In this document: positions 47,670 through 57,330 of the stretch, piece by piece
How positions within the stretch are numbered: position 1 is the stretch's first letter
How the letters are laid out: the number at the start of each line of letters is the position of its first letter
From: an uncultured Spirochaetales bacterium
GTDB taxonomy: Bacteria; Spirochaetota; Spirochaetia; SPDA01; CAZSGZ01
DNA: 57,330 nt
Reading direction: 5' to 3'
NCBI GenBank assembly: GCA_964641125.1
Contig: CAZXMO010000007.1
Location: forward strand, 3,902-61,231
The notes under the pieces: generated by a model
Seen by the model: the letters and a program-made list of their open reading frames with translations, nothing else
What the model was told of the DNA's origin: nothing
Databases searched by the model: none
Translations under genes and position numbers: made by a program

Positions 47670-49841
47670 CTATGGGATAATCTCGAAACACCGATGGATT
47701 CGTCGGTTCCGGTCGAAATCGGGCGGGATCGTTTCATCGGTTATCTCGGTTACCGAAAAGTCTCCCTTGAGTCCTTCGGCAAGCTCGAATTTCCGGAAAT
47801 TAGTCGAAAATAGTATTTTACCCCCCGGACGGAGCTTCCGGACCGCCCCTCGGATCAGAGCCTCGTGGTCCCGGTCTACCGAAAAATCCTCTTTTCTCGA
47901 TTTGGAATTGGAGAAGGTGGGAGGATCGATGAAGATGAGATCGAACATATGCCCCGGTTTTTCTATCCAATCCATGCAGTCCGCCCTGACGAGGCGGTGG
48001 GATTCGAGGTTTATACCGTTTACACTTAGATTGTTCCGTGCCCAGTCGAGGTAGCCCCCGGAAGCGTCCACCGATACCGTGGAGACCGCTCCCCCCGCCG
48101 CGGCGTAAACCGTGGCGGTCCCGGTATAGCAGAAGAGGTTGAGGAACCGCTTTCCCTCCGCTTCGCGGCGGATCCTCTCCCGGGTAATCCGGTGATCGAG
48201 AAAGATCCCGGTGTCCAGATAGTCGGAAAAGTTGACCAGGAACCGGAGCCCGCCCTCGTGTATCGTAACGTATGCGCCGGTATCCCCGATTTTCCCGTAC
48301 TGGCCGCTTCCCCGCTGGCGGGTCCGTCTCTTCACGAAGATCCGCTCCCCCGGAATACCGGCCGCGTCGGCCGCGGTGGATACGATGTCGAGGAGCCGCC
48401 GCTGGGCCTTGACGGCGTCGATACGCGCAGGAGGGGTGTATTCCTGGATATTCAGCCAACGGTTTTCGTAGACGTCCACCGCCGCGGCGTACTCCGGAAT
48501 ATCCGCGTCGTAGAGGCGGTAACAGGTAACCTCGTTCTCCTTCAGGTACTTTTTCCTGATCCTGGCATTCTTGATCAAACGGTTCAAGAGGTCCTCGGTA
48601 TTGTCCCGGTAGCGGTAATCGTCTCCGCCTTTCGCCGGGCCTTCGGTGAGGGGGGGAAGGTAGATATGGAAGGTGTTGTCTCCGGTCAGATCGATTTGGA
48701 CAAGCTTGCAGGGGATTTCGCCGTTAAAGATGCCGCTCACCTTGAAAGCTTTGAGGCCTAAGGCCCGTCCGAGCTCATCCTCCGGAGCGATAACCGCGGC
48801 CCTCCACCCGGCGAACTCCGCTTTGAGGGCGCGGCCGACGGCCTGGTACAGGGCGGGGAGATGTTCCCGCTCTTCGAGGCGCCTCCCGTAGGGGGGATTT
48901 ATCACCACCAGGCCGGTATCCCCGGCACCCGGGGGGCGGACGATTTCGTGGAGCTCCAACCTTTCGAAGTGGATATTCTTGTCCATACCGGCCCGCCCGG
49001 CGTTACTCCAGGCCGCCGCCACCGCCCGCTTGTCCCGGTCGTATCCGAATATGCGCCCCGGTTTCCTGATGCGGCCCGTAAGTCGGGAGCGGAGACGCTG
49101 ATACACCTCCCGGTCATGATGCTTCCAGTTCTCGAAGCCGAAGCCGCTTCGCAGGAGACCCGGGGCGGTGTCGGCGGCTATGAGGGCCGCCTCGATGGGA
49201 AAGGTTCCGGAGCCGCACATGGGATCCACCAGGGCGGCATCGGGATTTTCGAGAACGAGCTCGTGCCATCCCGCTTTGAGAAGTATCCCCGCCGCGAGGG
49301 TCTCTTTGAGTCCCGCCGCGCCTCCTTCGGTGCGGTAGCCCCGCAGATGAAGGCTGCCCCCCGCGAAATCGAGATTCACCGCCGCCTCGGAACCGTCGAT
49401 GTGGAGATTAAAACGGATGCCCGGCGCATCGGTGTCCACGTCGGGGCGTTTTCCCAGACTATCGCGGAAGGTATCGACAATCGCATCTTTCAATGCGAGG
49501 ACCCCGAACCGGGGGTTGATGTCCCGGTTCCTCGTCACCGTGCAATCGACGGCGAAGCCGACGGAAACGTCGAAATGATCCGTCCAGGGGATTTTTCGGC
49601 ACTTCTCACTGATCTCTTCCGGTGACGAAAAATCGAAGCCCCCGATGGTGACAAGGACGCGGTTGACGCTTCGGCTTTCGAGACAGAGTCGATAAATCCG
49701 GTCTAAGGGAGCGGAGAGGGACACTCCCGCCCGGGTTTCCTTGACCCGATTTCCGTTAATCTCCTCCGCTTCCCGGGCGGTGACGTTCTCCAATCCCCTC
49801 GCGGTAGTGAGAAAAACCGGGTATGAACGGGGCGTATCCAT
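47670..49841 (-). CDS. rlmL: Bifunctional 23S rRNA m2G2445/m7G2069 methyltransferase RlmKL (THUMP + two SAM-MTase domains)
   Basis: The N-terminus SYPVFLTTARGLE matches RlmL. The N-terminal THUMP/RlmL domain is followed by the RlmK-type C-terminal SAM-methyltransferase domain; DPMCGSGTF is the SAM-binding motif. The likely start is MDTPRS at 49841; the track ORF start is at 49925. Confidence 0.8.
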   Translation of the reverse strand: MDTPRSYPVFLTTARGLENVTAREAEEINGNRVKETRAGVSLSAPLDRIYRLCLESRSVNRVLVTIGGFDFSSPEEISEKCRKIPWTDHFDVSVGFAVDCTVTRNRDINPRFGVLALKDAIVDTFRDSLGKRPDVDTDAPGIRFNLHIDGSEAAVNLDFAGGSLHLRGYRTEGGAAGLKETLAAGILLKAGWHELVLENPDAALVDPMCGSGTFPIEAALIAADTAPGLLRSGFGFENWKHHDREVYQRLRSRLTGRIRKPGRIFGYDRDKRAVAAAWSNAGRAGMDKNIHFERLELHEIVRPPGAGDTGLVVINPPYGRRLEEREHLPALYQAVGRALKAEFAGWRAAVIAPEDELGRALGLKAFKVSGIFNGEIPCKLVQIDLTGDNTFHIYLPPLTEGPAKGGDDYRYRDNTEDLLNRLIKNARIRKKYLKENEVTCYRLYDADIPEYAAAVDVYENRWLNIQEYTPPARIDAVKAQRRLLDIVSTAADAAGIPGERIFVKRRTRQRGSGQYGKIGDTGAYVTIHEGGLRFLVNFSDYLDTGIFLDHRITRERIRREAEGKRFLNLFCYTGTATVYAAAGGAVSTVSVDASGGYLDWARNNLSVNGINLESHRLVRADCMDWIEKPGHMFDLIFIDPPTFSNSKSRKEDFSVDRDHEALIRGAVRKLRPGGKILFSTNFRKFELAEGLKGDFSVTEITDETIPPDFDRNRRIHRCFEIIP

Positions 49842-49972
49842 GGCTTTAGGATAGAGAAAAGAGTGTAAGGATTCAATGAATTCACGGGGAATATTATTGA
49901 AAACACCTCGAGTTAGGGGTATCATTTAACGTAAGGAAAAAACCAACTTTTAAATAATGTAAGGAGAATTGT

Positions 49973-50554
49973 ATGAGAAAGCTCGGTATACTCATTCTGG
50001 CTTCTCTTGCCGTACTGGCAATCGTATCCTGTGCAAGTGCCCCGGAAGAGGGCGTGGCGTCGACCAAACAGGCCGACATGTCCAATATGCCCGACTGGGT
50101 AGTGAACATGGAGGTTTCGGAGGACGCTATCTACGGTATCGGATACGCGAAAATGTCGAATCTCAACAGCTCGCGCACCACCGCGATCGCTCGTGCCCGG
50201 ACCGACGTTTCCTTCCAGATCCAGTCGACGATCCAGGCAATGATGACCGATTATCAGCAGGAGGCCGGGGTGGACGGAGGCAGCCAGGTCATCAATTTCG
50301 TGGAGAATGTATCGAAGCAGATTACCAATAACGAGCTAAGCGGCCTTACCCCCGACAAGATGACCGTCATGGAAGACGGCGGTGTCTGGGTCCGGGTAGT
50401 CTACCAGAAGTCGGATTTTATCGACGACGCGCGGCAGGCCTTTCAGCGGAACGAGGACGCGGCGTTCGCCGAATTCAAGGCGAGTCAGGCCCTCGACCGG
50501 CTCAACTACGAGCTCGAAAACAATCCCCCGGAGTCCGATCCGGTTACCGAATAG
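49973..50554 (+). CDS. LPP20-like lipoprotein
   Basis: Lipobox AIVSCAS. PDWVVNMEV...GIGYA...AIARARTDVSFQI fits the LPP20 pattern. Confidence 0.7.
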   Translation: MRKLGILILASLAVLAIVSCASAPEEGVASTKQADMSNMPDWVVNMEVSEDAIYGIGYAKMSNLNSSRTTAIARARTDVSFQIQSTIQAMMTDYQQEAGVDGGSQVINFVENVSKQITNNELSGLTPDKMTVMEDGGVWVRVVYQKSDFIDDARQAFQRNEDAAFAEFKASQALDRLNYELENNPPESDPVTE

Positions 50555-50571
50555 ACGGTCTCATCATCAAA

Positions 50572-50606
50572 CCGCTCCGCTCTCCGCGGAGCGGTTATTA
50601 CTTTTC
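50572..50606 (+). terminator. Rho-independent terminator (CCGCTCCGC-loop-GCGGAGCGG + T-rich tail)
   Basis: Perfect 9-bp stem followed by TTATTACTTTT. Confidence 0.6.
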
Positions 50607-50636
50607 AACTCCTGAAAAACCTGGTAAAGTCTGACC

Positions 50637-51497
50637 ATGAAAATCCACGAGCACCTCTCACGTTCGGGGGTAGTATCGGTTTTTCCCGCCGCGGCGGCTT
50701 TCCTGTCATTGATCGCTTTTTTAAACGGATGCGCGGGTGCGCCCGGTCCCGTAAACGATCCTGTCGGGGTAAACGGCACTGAAAACCATCCTCTTTCTTC
50801 TTCTTTCGCCGCGGGTGAAAGGGGAGAGCTCACTACTCTGCCCGTGGACGGGAGTCCCGTATTCCTAGGTATTTCCGAAAACCGCTTCTACGACGCGGAC
50901 GAGCTCGACGACGCCTTGGAATACGCAGCGCGGCAGGCGGTCCGGTATGAACGGATATTCGGAGAGGCGGGGGTGCTGGATACCCGAAAGGGCCCCTACT
51001 CATACGTCGAGGCGGACTACGACGAGTCCCGGGTTGGGGAGCTCGAAGACAGGCTCGAGATTATCGACCGGCATACCGATGTGCGGGGAACGGTGATCCG
51101 TGCGGTACTTCCGGGAGCTTCCCTCGATCTCGATATCGAAGCGGGGAAAATGGTACCCCGGAGGGGTTCGCTATACCCCTCGTGGACCGTCGATATACCG
51201 GATATTCCGGGATATCTGGTAAGCTTAGGGATTGCCGATAAGCGGTTTGCTTTGACCGAATCGGTCCGGGCGGCGGATGAGGAAGCCCTCATGGGGCTCC
51301 TCAGCCTGATATCCGTGGAGATCGAAGCGGTGCGGGCGGAAACCCCGACCGAGATCGGCAGGGTCAGCCGGCGGGTCATAAGTCAGACGGCGTCCGCCGA
51401 GATAACCGGACTGTATGTACCCGTGCGTTGGCAGTCGGAGGACGGCAGGTACTTCTACTCCCTCGCCGTATGTCCCGAGTCGAACAGGAGGCGGTAA
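50637..51497 (+). CDS. Lipoprotein (LPP20-like N-terminal region)
   Basis: Lipobox FLNGCAG. PVFLGISENRFYDADELDDALEYAARQA resembles the LPP20 pattern. Confidence 0.6.
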   Translation: MKIHEHLSRSGVVSVFPAAAAFLSLIAFLNGCAGAPGPVNDPVGVNGTENHPLSSSFAAGERGELTTLPVDGSPVFLGISENRFYDADELDDALEYAARQAVRYERIFGEAGVLDTRKGPYSYVEADYDESRVGELEDRLEIIDRHTDVRGTVIRAVLPGASLDLDIEAGKMVPRRGSLYPSWTVDIPDIPGYLVSLGIADKRFALTESVRAADEEALMGLLSLISVEIEAVRAETPTEIGRVSRRVISQTASAEITGLYVPVRWQSEDGRYFYSLAVCPESNRRR

Positions 51498-51499
51498 GG

Positions 51500-52924
51500 A
51501 TGATGTCGAAAGAGAAACCCTCGGCGGTAATGCGTGTCGTATGCATCGGCGTGGTCTGTGCATTTTGCACGGGACTCTTCATCTCCTGCGGAACGACCGG
51601 TGCCGCGGGGCAGGCCGGAGGAGCCGATACCGAGCCCCTTCCGGTCTGGGTATTGAATCCTCCGGTGGACGAGGAGTACTTCCTGGGAATCGGCGGATCT
51701 AATACCGGCAATCGGGAGGCCGATATGGAGCAGGCCCGGCTGGCTGCCCTCGCGGATTTGGCCGCGCGGATATCGACGAAGATACGGGGCGAGATGGTCC
51801 TCGAGAGCGGGGAAGACGATAGGGGAAACCGCAGGCAGAGCTTTTCCCGGCGTATCGAGGAGAACGTAAGTCAGGAACTCCGCGGGGTGGAGCCGGTGGA
51901 TGCGTACTACTCCCCGGAGGAGGGCTTCTGGTACTACTACCGTTTTCCCAAAGCCGAGCTCGACCGTGCCCGGGACGATCTGAAGCGCAGGGTCCGGGAT
52001 CTCGTATTCCCGAGGGAGGGGAGTGCCGATGCGGCCGGGGTCACGGCCGGGACCGCCGCCGAACGCCTTACGGTCCTGGGAAGGGGGTTCGATCTCATCA
52101 TGGAATCCCCCTTTGTGGGAACCCTCAGGGTCGAGGAGGTCCGGTACACCGGAGCCTTGATCGATTACATCGAGGCCGAGCTGAGGCGTGAGCTCGGTTC
52201 TCTCGAAATATCTCTCGCCGACGGCGTAATTTCCGGAGAGTCAGGCGATTTTCTCGTTCTCGAAGCCCGGGTCCGGGCAGCCGGAGCGGCGGAGGATGGC
52301 CGGAGGAGAGTTCCGGGGAGGATTCCCCTGATCCTCATGACCCGGGAAGGGAAAATCCTCGGCAGATTCGTCACCGGACCGGACGGAAGATACTCAGGCA
52401 CGGTGGAAGCCGTTTTTCCGAAACCCGGCCGGTATCCCTGCATCGTTTCCCTCGACGTATCCGCTCTTATCGGGGAGGTCCCCGCGGGTGCGGCTCTGGG
52501 AGTAAGCCTTCCGAAAAGCGAATGTATCTTGGAGATCTTCGCCAAGAGTCTGGCCCTTGAGGTCCGTACCGAAGAGGGGACGGCCCCCCGGGCGCTCACG
52601 GACGGGATAAAGGCGATCCTCGAAACGCGGCTCGAGTACGATCTGACCGGGGAGTACGATCCCGAGAAATCCACCCTTTTGATCACCGTGTATTACTCCG
52701 ATTTCCCGGAAAGCGAGTACGGCATGTATTTTTCCACCGCCCGGGGTGTTCTGGATCTCGTCCGATCGGGCCGGAGCCTGTACAGTTTCGAGACCGACCG
52801 TTTCAAGGAAGGGGGGCTTACCGTGGAGCAGGCGAGGGACCGGGCCCTCGGGCGGCTCTTCCAATATCTCGAGAATACCGCGGGTCCCTACCGGAAGATA
52901 ACCTCGATCTTGGAGGAAGAATGA
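51500..52924 (+). CDS. Lipoprotein with LPP20-like N-terminal domain and a C-terminal extension of about 380 aa
   Basis: An AGGAGG RBS 5 nt ahead of MMSKEKPS. Lipobox LFISCG. PVWVLNPPVDEEYFLGIGG...ARLAALADLAARI. The track ORF start at 51428 is over-extended. Confidence 0.65.
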   Translation: MMSKEKPSAVMRVVCIGVVCAFCTGLFISCGTTGAAGQAGGADTEPLPVWVLNPPVDEEYFLGIGGSNTGNREADMEQARLAALADLAARISTKIRGEMVLESGEDDRGNRRQSFSRRIEENVSQELRGVEPVDAYYSPEEGFWYYYRFPKAELDRARDDLKRRVRDLVFPREGSADAAGVTAGTAAERLTVLGRGFDLIMESPFVGTLRVEEVRYTGALIDYIEAELRRELGSLEISLADGVISGESGDFLVLEARVRAAGAAEDGRRRVPGRIPLILMTREGKILGRFVTGPDGRYSGTVEAVFPKPGRYPCIVSLDVSALIGEVPAGAALGVSLPKSECILEIFAKSLALEVRTEEGTAPRALTDGIKAILETRLEYDLTGEYDPEKSTLLITVYYSDFPESEYGMYFSTARGVLDLVRSGRSLYSFETDRFKEGGLTVEQARDRALGRLFQYLENTAGPYRKITSILEEE

Positions 52925-54069
52925 TACCTGAACCGGGCTACCTCTGTGTCGAATGCGGACGCAGATACCCCATAACCCCCGATCTGATGCTCTGTCCGGA
53001 CTGCCGTGAACGGGGCGGTCCCGACGAGCCCCTCCGCGGCGTTCTCGAGGTGGAGCTTCCCAAGCTGCCGGGGGCCGATCCCGCCCGGGGATATTCCTTC
53101 TCCTTCCTCGAGGAGGAGCACTATCCGCCAATCCCGGTGGGAAATACTCCCCTGTGGCGCCCGGAACGCATCAGGGAAGAAGACCGGTTCGAAAACCTCT
53201 TCATCAAGGACGACACCGCGAATCCCACCGGATCGCTCAAGGACCGGGCATCCTTCATGGTCGCGGGTTTCGCCCGGAAACACGGGATCCGGCGGATAAC
53301 CGTAGCCTCCACCGGAAACGCCGCCTCCTCGATGGCGGGGGTAGGGGCCGCCGCGGGAATCGGAGTCAGGATCTACATTCCCCGGTCGGCCCCGGCGGCC
53401 AAGCGGATCCAGGCCCTTCAGTACGGAGCCGATGTCGTCTTAGTCGACGGGACCTACGACAAGGCCTTCGACTTAGCCCTCGAATCTTCCGGGGATTCCG
53501 AAACGCTGTGCCGTAATACCGCCTACAATCCCCTGACCATCGAGGGAAAGAAGAGCGTGAGTATCGAGATATTCCATCAGCTCGGTACGGTGCCCGACTA
53601 CGTCTTTGTCCCCACCGGAGACGGAGTCATCCTGTCGGGTGTCTATAAAGGATTCAGAGACTTAGTCGATCAGGGCTTTACCGCCGCGGTGCCCACCGTG
53701 GTTGCCGTTCAGGCCGAGGGCAGCAGCGCGATCACCAGGGCCCTCCGGGCGGGCGATTTTACCCCACCGGTACCCTCGGATACCTTAGCCGACAGCATTT
53801 CCGTGGACGTTCCCCGGGGGGGGTACCCCGCGCTCTTCAATCTCAAGCGGTACGGCGGATGCTCAGTCACCGTGACCGACGACGAGATCCTCGAGGCCCA
53901 GCACCGTCTCGCCCGGTACAGCGGCCTCTTCGCCGAGCCCGCCGGGGCGGCTTCCTACGCCGGTTTTCTAAAGATTTCAGGAGAGATTCCCTCGGATGCG
54001 GCGGCCGTACTCCTCGTAACCGGAAGCGGTCTCAAAGACATCGATGCCGCGGCAAAACTCGTAGGTTAG
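52921..54069 (+). CDS. thrC: Threonine synthase with N-terminal zinc-ribbon
   Basis: PLP site FIKDDTANPTGSLKDRAS, and an N-terminal CVECG...CPDC ribbon. Its ATG overlaps the stop of the upstream lipoprotein gene (ATGA). Confidence 0.85.
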   Translation: MIPEPGYLCVECGRRYPITPDLMLCPDCRERGGPDEPLRGVLEVELPKLPGADPARGYSFSFLEEEHYPPIPVGNTPLWRPERIREEDRFENLFIKDDTANPTGSLKDRASFMVAGFARKHGIRRITVASTGNAASSMAGVGAAAGIGVRIYIPRSAPAAKRIQALQYGADVVLVDGTYDKAFDLALESSGDSETLCRNTAYNPLTIEGKKSVSIEIFHQLGTVPDYVFVPTGDGVILSGVYKGFRDLVDQGFTAAVPTVVAVQAEGSSAITRALRAGDFTPPVPSDTLADSISVDVPRGGYPALFNLKRYGGCSVTVTDDEILEAQHRLARYSGLFAEPAGAASYAGFLKISGEIPSDAAAVLLVTGSGLKDIDAAAKLVG

Positions 54070-54093
54070 TGTCCCCACGATCGGGGGCAAAGC

Positions 54094-54107
54094 GTAACAC
54101 ATGTTAC
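54094..54107. promoter_or_regulatory. HcpR-type operator GTAAC-ACAT-GTTAC upstream of the ferredoxin-like gene
   Basis: Inverted repeat with perfect 5-bp arms, 59 nt upstream of the ATG at 54166. It has the same arm sequence as the site in the hcpR/hcp intergenic region. Confidence 0.6.
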
Positions 54108-54165
54108 AGATCGATTTCCCCTTTGTGAGTATTATCTCGGTAGATAGACTATCAGGAGGAAACGA

Positions 54166-55026
54166 ATGAAACGGGATATTATCACCATAGACGAAGAGAA
54201 GTGCACCGGATGCGGGCTCTGCGTAACCGGCTGTCCGGAGGGGGCGCTTCAGATGATAGACGGAAAGGCGCGGCTGGTCGGAGATCTCTACTGCGACGGT
54301 TTGGGCGCCTGTATCGGCGACTGTCCGGAAGGGGCCATCACCGTGGAGCGGAGGGAGGCGGTGCCCTACGACGAGAACAAGGTGATGGATAACGTGGTAA
54401 CCCAGGGCGAAGGAGTCATCCGGGCCCATCTGTCCCATCTGAAGGACCACGGAGAGATGGGCTACTACAACCAGGCCCTGGAGTACCTCGCCGCTCACGG
54501 CTATGATGCCGACGAGTACCGGAGCGGATCCGCCGGGGGATGCTCCGGGGGATGCCCGGGCAGCTTGTCGAAGATCTTCGAAGCCGCAGCCGAAGAAGAC
54601 GGCGGCAACGGCGGTAACGGAAGCGGCCCCGCGGCCGAACAGCCTTCACAGCTTACCCATTGGCCGGTCCAGATGCATCTGATGAACCCGAGGTCGGCTC
54701 AGTACGCGGGAACGGACTTTCTGCTCGCCTCCGACTGCAGCGCCTTTGCCGCCGGGGACTTCCACTCCCGCTTTCTGAAGGGAAAGAAGCTCGGGATCGC
54801 CTGTCCCAAGCTGGACGTGCGGAAGGAATCGTACGAAGAAAAACTGATCGCTCTTATCGACGAGGCCGAGATCAATACTTTGACCGTTCTCGTGATGGAG
54901 GTTCCCTGCTGCAGCGGGCTGTTGATGCTCGCGAAGAACGCCGCCGAAAAGGCATCCCGCAAGGTTCCGATCAAGAAGATCGTCGTCTCGGTAGAGGGGG
55001 ATGTCCTCGCCGAAGAGTGGGTATAG
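54166..55026 (+). CDS. 4Fe-4S dicluster ferredoxin-domain protein (Hcp-associated, frdX-like)
   Basis: Two CxxCxxCxxxCP motifs (CTGCGLCVTGCP and CDGLGACIGDCP), a further Cys-rich region (SDCSAF...CPKLD...EVPCCSG), and a Gly-rich linker. Confidence 0.7.
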   Translation: MKRDIITIDEEKCTGCGLCVTGCPEGALQMIDGKARLVGDLYCDGLGACIGDCPEGAITVERREAVPYDENKVMDNVVTQGEGVIRAHLSHLKDHGEMGYYNQALEYLAAHGYDADEYRSGSAGGCSGGCPGSLSKIFEAAAEEDGGNGGNGSGPAAEQPSQLTHWPVQMHLMNPRSAQYAGTDFLLASDCSAFAAGDFHSRFLKGKKLGIACPKLDVRKESYEEKLIALIDEAEINTLTVLVMEVPCCSGLLMLAKNAAEKASRKVPIKKIVVSVEGDVLAEEWV

Positions 55027-55082
55027 AAGAGGCGTCGAATACGGGCGGAGCCGCCGGACCTGTTTAGCCCGGCTTCGCCCGG

Positions 55083-55763
55083 TTACTCTTCGAGCAAGAG
55101 CTCGAGCTCCTTCCGGTCCAATAAGTAGACGCTTCGCCCCTCCTGCCGGAGGATACCCTCGTCGGTCATCTCCGAGAAAACCCGTGAAAGGGAGGGGCGG
55201 GCCACGCCGAAGAGCTCGGACATCGTCTCTCTCGATATTTTTAACTCAACCATATTCGAACCCTGCCGCTCGGCCTGGTCGAGAAGGTACGAAGCTACCT
55301 TCTCCCGGATGGATGAAAATTTGATCAGCCGCATCTTCTCGGCGAGAAAGACGATCTTGTTTCCCGCGTCTCTGAGGAGGCTCAAGAGGAAATCCCGGTT
55401 TTCTCTGCAGATCGCGAATACCGATTCTTTGGGAAGGCTCAGGATGGTCGTTTCGGTTACCGTTTTCAGGGTTACCGGAAGATGATTGTCCTCGGCGAAG
55501 AGGATACCCGGGGCGATCTTGTCCGGGGCCTTCAGGGTCTCCACCTTGAGGACCCGCCCCTTTAAATCCTCCATTTCCGCGGAGAGGGTTCCTTCGGCGA
55601 GGATAAAGAGATGCTCGTAGAGGTCCCCCCGGAACATGACGATGGCTCCCCGGTGGTATTTCTTGACTGAATACTTGAGGGAATCGAAGAGCCGGAGGCA
55701 CGAATCAGCCTCGGTTTCCTTTTCGAATAGGCCGCAGGCCTCGAGAAGTGTTTTTATTTCCAT
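55083..55763 (-). CDS. hcpR: Crp/Fnr-family transcriptional regulator, putative HcpR
   Basis: cNMP-binding beta-roll plus a C-terminal HTH ([22 protein letters not shown]). Divergent from hcp, with a palindromic operator in between. Confidence 0.75.
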   Translation of the reverse strand: MEIKTLLEACGLFEKETEADSCLRLFDSLKYSVKKYHRGAIVMFRGDLYEHLFILAEGTLSAEMEDLKGRVLKVETLKAPDKIAPGILFAEDNHLPVTLKTVTETTILSLPKESVFAICRENRDFLLSLLRDAGNKIVFLAEKMRLIKFSSIREKVASYLLDQAERQGSNMVELKISRETMSELFGVARPSLSRVFSEMTDEGILRQEGRSVYLLDRKELELLLEE

Positions 55764-55766
55764 GAC

Positions 55767-55780
55767 GTAACATATGTTAC
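55767..55780. promoter_or_regulatory. HcpR-type operator GTAAC-ATAT-GTTAC in the hcpR/hcp divergent region
   Basis: Perfect 14-bp palindrome, 3 nt upstream of the hcpR ATG and 59 nt upstream of the hcp ATG. Confidence 0.65.
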
Positions 55781-55838
55781 AGAAAAACTAATCTTATTAC
55801 CATATCCTTGGCGCAAACACCTTGAGGAGGAAATCGAA

Positions 55839-57330
55839 ATGAACATGTTTTGCTATCAATGTCAGGAAACCGCGAAGAATACGGGATGCACGGTTACCGG
55901 AGTGTGCGGTAAGGACGCGGAGACGTCCAACGCCATGGACCTGCTCGTCTATGTCGTCAAGGGCGTCTCCGCTTACGCGGCTCGCCTGGAGAAGGAGGTG
56001 GACGACCGGGTCGAGGATTACATCATGTCCGCCCTCTTCGTAACGATTACCAACGGCAATTTCGACGAAGATGCGATATACGAAAAGGCGAAGGAAGGGC
56101 TCGAGCTCCGGGAGGATCTCAAGAAACAGTGGGAGAAAGCCGGTTCCCCCGGGGCTGAGCTCCCCGAAGCGGCGGTATGGACACCCTCTACCGACGAAGA
56201 GATGAAGAAAAAAGCCGGGGATGTCGGCGTTCTCGCTACCGAAAACGAGGACGTCCGAAGCCTTCGGGAGCTCATTATCTACGGAATCAAGGGATTCGCC
56301 GCCTATGCTCATCACGCAATGGTATTGGGCCGGCGGAATAAGGATATTATCGAATTCACGGTCCGCGCCCTCGACGCGACAACCCGGAGCTTGAACGCGG
56401 ACGAGCTGACGGGACTGGTCTTAGAGACGGGAGACACCGCGGTGAAGACCATGGCTCTCTTGGATTCCGCTAATACCGGAGCCTACGGCGACCCGGAGAT
56501 TTCTGAAGTCAACTTGGGAGTCCGGAATAATCCCGGCATACTCGTCTCCGGCCACGATTTGAGGGACTTGGAAGAACTCCTCGAACAGACCGAGGGGACG
56601 GGAGTGGACGTCTACACTCATGGGGAAATGCTTCCCGCCCATTACTATCCCGTTTTCAAGAACTACGAGCACTTCGTCGGAAACTACGGCAATTCCTGGT
56701 GGAAGCAGAACAAGGAGTTCGAGAGCTTCAACGGACCGATCGTAATGACAACCAACTGTATTACTCCGGTCAAGGATTCCTATAAGGACCGGATCTTTAC
56801 CACCGGCGTGGCCGGGTACCCCGGGGTGGCCCACATCGCCGACCGGAAGGAAGGGGGGACTAAGGATTTTTCCGCCGTCCTAGACCGGGCCAAGGGTTCT
56901 CCCGCGCCGACGGAAATCGAGACGGGCACCATCCCGGGGGGATTCGCTCATGCCCAGGTGGAAAAGCTCGCGGGGGCCGTTGTGGAGGCGGTCAAATCGG
57001 GGGCCATCAAGAAGTTCGTCGTCATGGCGGGCTGCGACGGACGGCAGAACAGCCGGAGCTACTTTACCGAGGTCGCCGAAAAGCTCCCCGAGGATACCGT
57101 CATACTCACCGCCGGGTGTGCTAAGTACCGGTACAACAAGCTCGACCTGGGCGACATCGGGGGAATCCCCCGGGTCCTCGACGCGGGACAGTGTAACGAT
57201 TCATATTCCTTAGCGGTGACCGCCTTGAAGCTCAAAGAGGCATTCGAACTCGAGGATATCAACGACCTCCCCATCGAGTACGACATTGCCTGGTACGAGC
57301 AGAAGGCGGTGGCGGTCCTCTTGGCTCTCT
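55839..57330 (+). CDS. hcp: Hybrid cluster protein / hydroxylamine reductase, 3'-truncated by the window edge
   Basis: GAGGAGG RBS. The N-terminal Cys motif [25 protein letters not shown] and conserved Hcp blocks ([16 protein letters not shown]). No stop codon before the window end. Confidence 0.9.
   Translation, partial: MNMFCYQCQETAKNTGCTVTGVCGKDAETSNAMDLLVYVVKGVSAYAARLEKEVDDRVEDYIMSALFVTITNGNFDEDAIYEKAKEGLELREDLKKQWEKAGSPGAELPEAAVWTPSTDEEMKKKAGDVGVLATENEDVRSLRELIIYGIKGFAAYAHHAMVLGRRNKDIIEFTVRALDATTRSLNADELTGLVLETGDTAVKTMALLDSANTGAYGDPEISEVNLGVRNNPGILVSGHDLRDLEELLEQTEGTGVDVYTHGEMLPAHYYPVFKNYEHFVGNYGNSWWKQNKEFESFNGPIVMTTNCITPVKDSYKDRIFTTGVAGYPGVAHIADRKEGGTKDFSAVLDRAKGSPAPTEIETGTIPGGFAHAQVEKLAGAVVEAVKSGAIKKFVVMAGCDGRQNSRSYFTEVAEKLPEDTVILTAGCAKYRYNKLDLGDIGGIPRVLDAGQCNDSYSLAVTALKLKEAFELEDINDLPIEYDIAWYEQKAVAVLLAL

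Noticed and set aside
48861-49625. 254-aa plus-strand ORF inside rlmKL
   Set aside because: It is antisense to a gene carrying the SAM-binding motif. Spurious.
1-57330. Search for tRNA, rRNA, CRISPR repeats and mobile-element genes
   Set aside because: No ORF-free segment of 70 nt or more has tRNA-like conserved boxes. No direct-repeat array and no integrase or transposase motifs were seen.

Overview
This 57.3-kb window is GC-rich, gene-dense chromosomal DNA. The gene content and tight translational coupling are those of an anaerobic bacterium, most compatibly a spirochaete-like one. That lineage call rests on the many LPP20-, PEGA-, TPR- and PQQ-type lipoproteins, the MoxR-DUF58-transglutaminase operon and the superoxide-reductase and hybrid-cluster-protein stress genes; it is tentative.

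I can support about 47 protein-coding genes from recognisable motifs. I found no rRNA, no tRNA, no CRISPR array, and no integrase or transposase.

The main contents are:
- a 3'-partial WD40 gene and pdxK;
- a 1380-aa fusion of two acyl-CoA-dehydratase-activase ATPase domains with dehydratase-like domains, divergent from a cytoplasmic molybdopterin (bis-MGD) oxidoreductase;
- a membrane protein with two Tim44-like/zinc-ribbon repeats and a TerB-like tail, co-oriented with an SPFH/SHOCT protein;
- a five-gene translationally coupled operon, moxR-DUF58-transglutaminase-like-PQQ propeller lipoprotein-ltaE;
- a complete bacterial N-degron operon, clpS-clpA-aat;
- a class III nucleotidyl cyclase with a periplasmic sensor;
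- a compact array of three paralogous lipoproteins plus one small lipoprotein;
- two tandem hsp20 genes behind a textbook sigma-54 -24/-12 promoter;
- citrate synthase behind a perfect sigma-70 promoter;
- a decayed Bax-inhibitor/YccA-family gene with an in-frame TAA and an apparent internal deletion;
- rpiB, and glpK coupled by an ATGA overlap to a roughly 1180-aa hybrid sensor kinase;
- a desulfoferrodoxin-rubredoxin operon with a canonical promoter and a strong terminator;
- rlmKL, three LPP20-like lipoproteins coupled to thrC, and a divergent hcpR/hcp locus.

The most striking regulatory signals I could read directly are three. Two GTAAC-N4-GTTAC palindromes of HcpR type flank the hcpR/hcp locus. 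The hsp20 pair carries a sigma-54 promoter. The dfx-rub operon carries a perfect sigma-70 promoter. The rubredoxin gene and one possible Cys-rich small ORF fall below the 60-aa cutoff of the ORF track.
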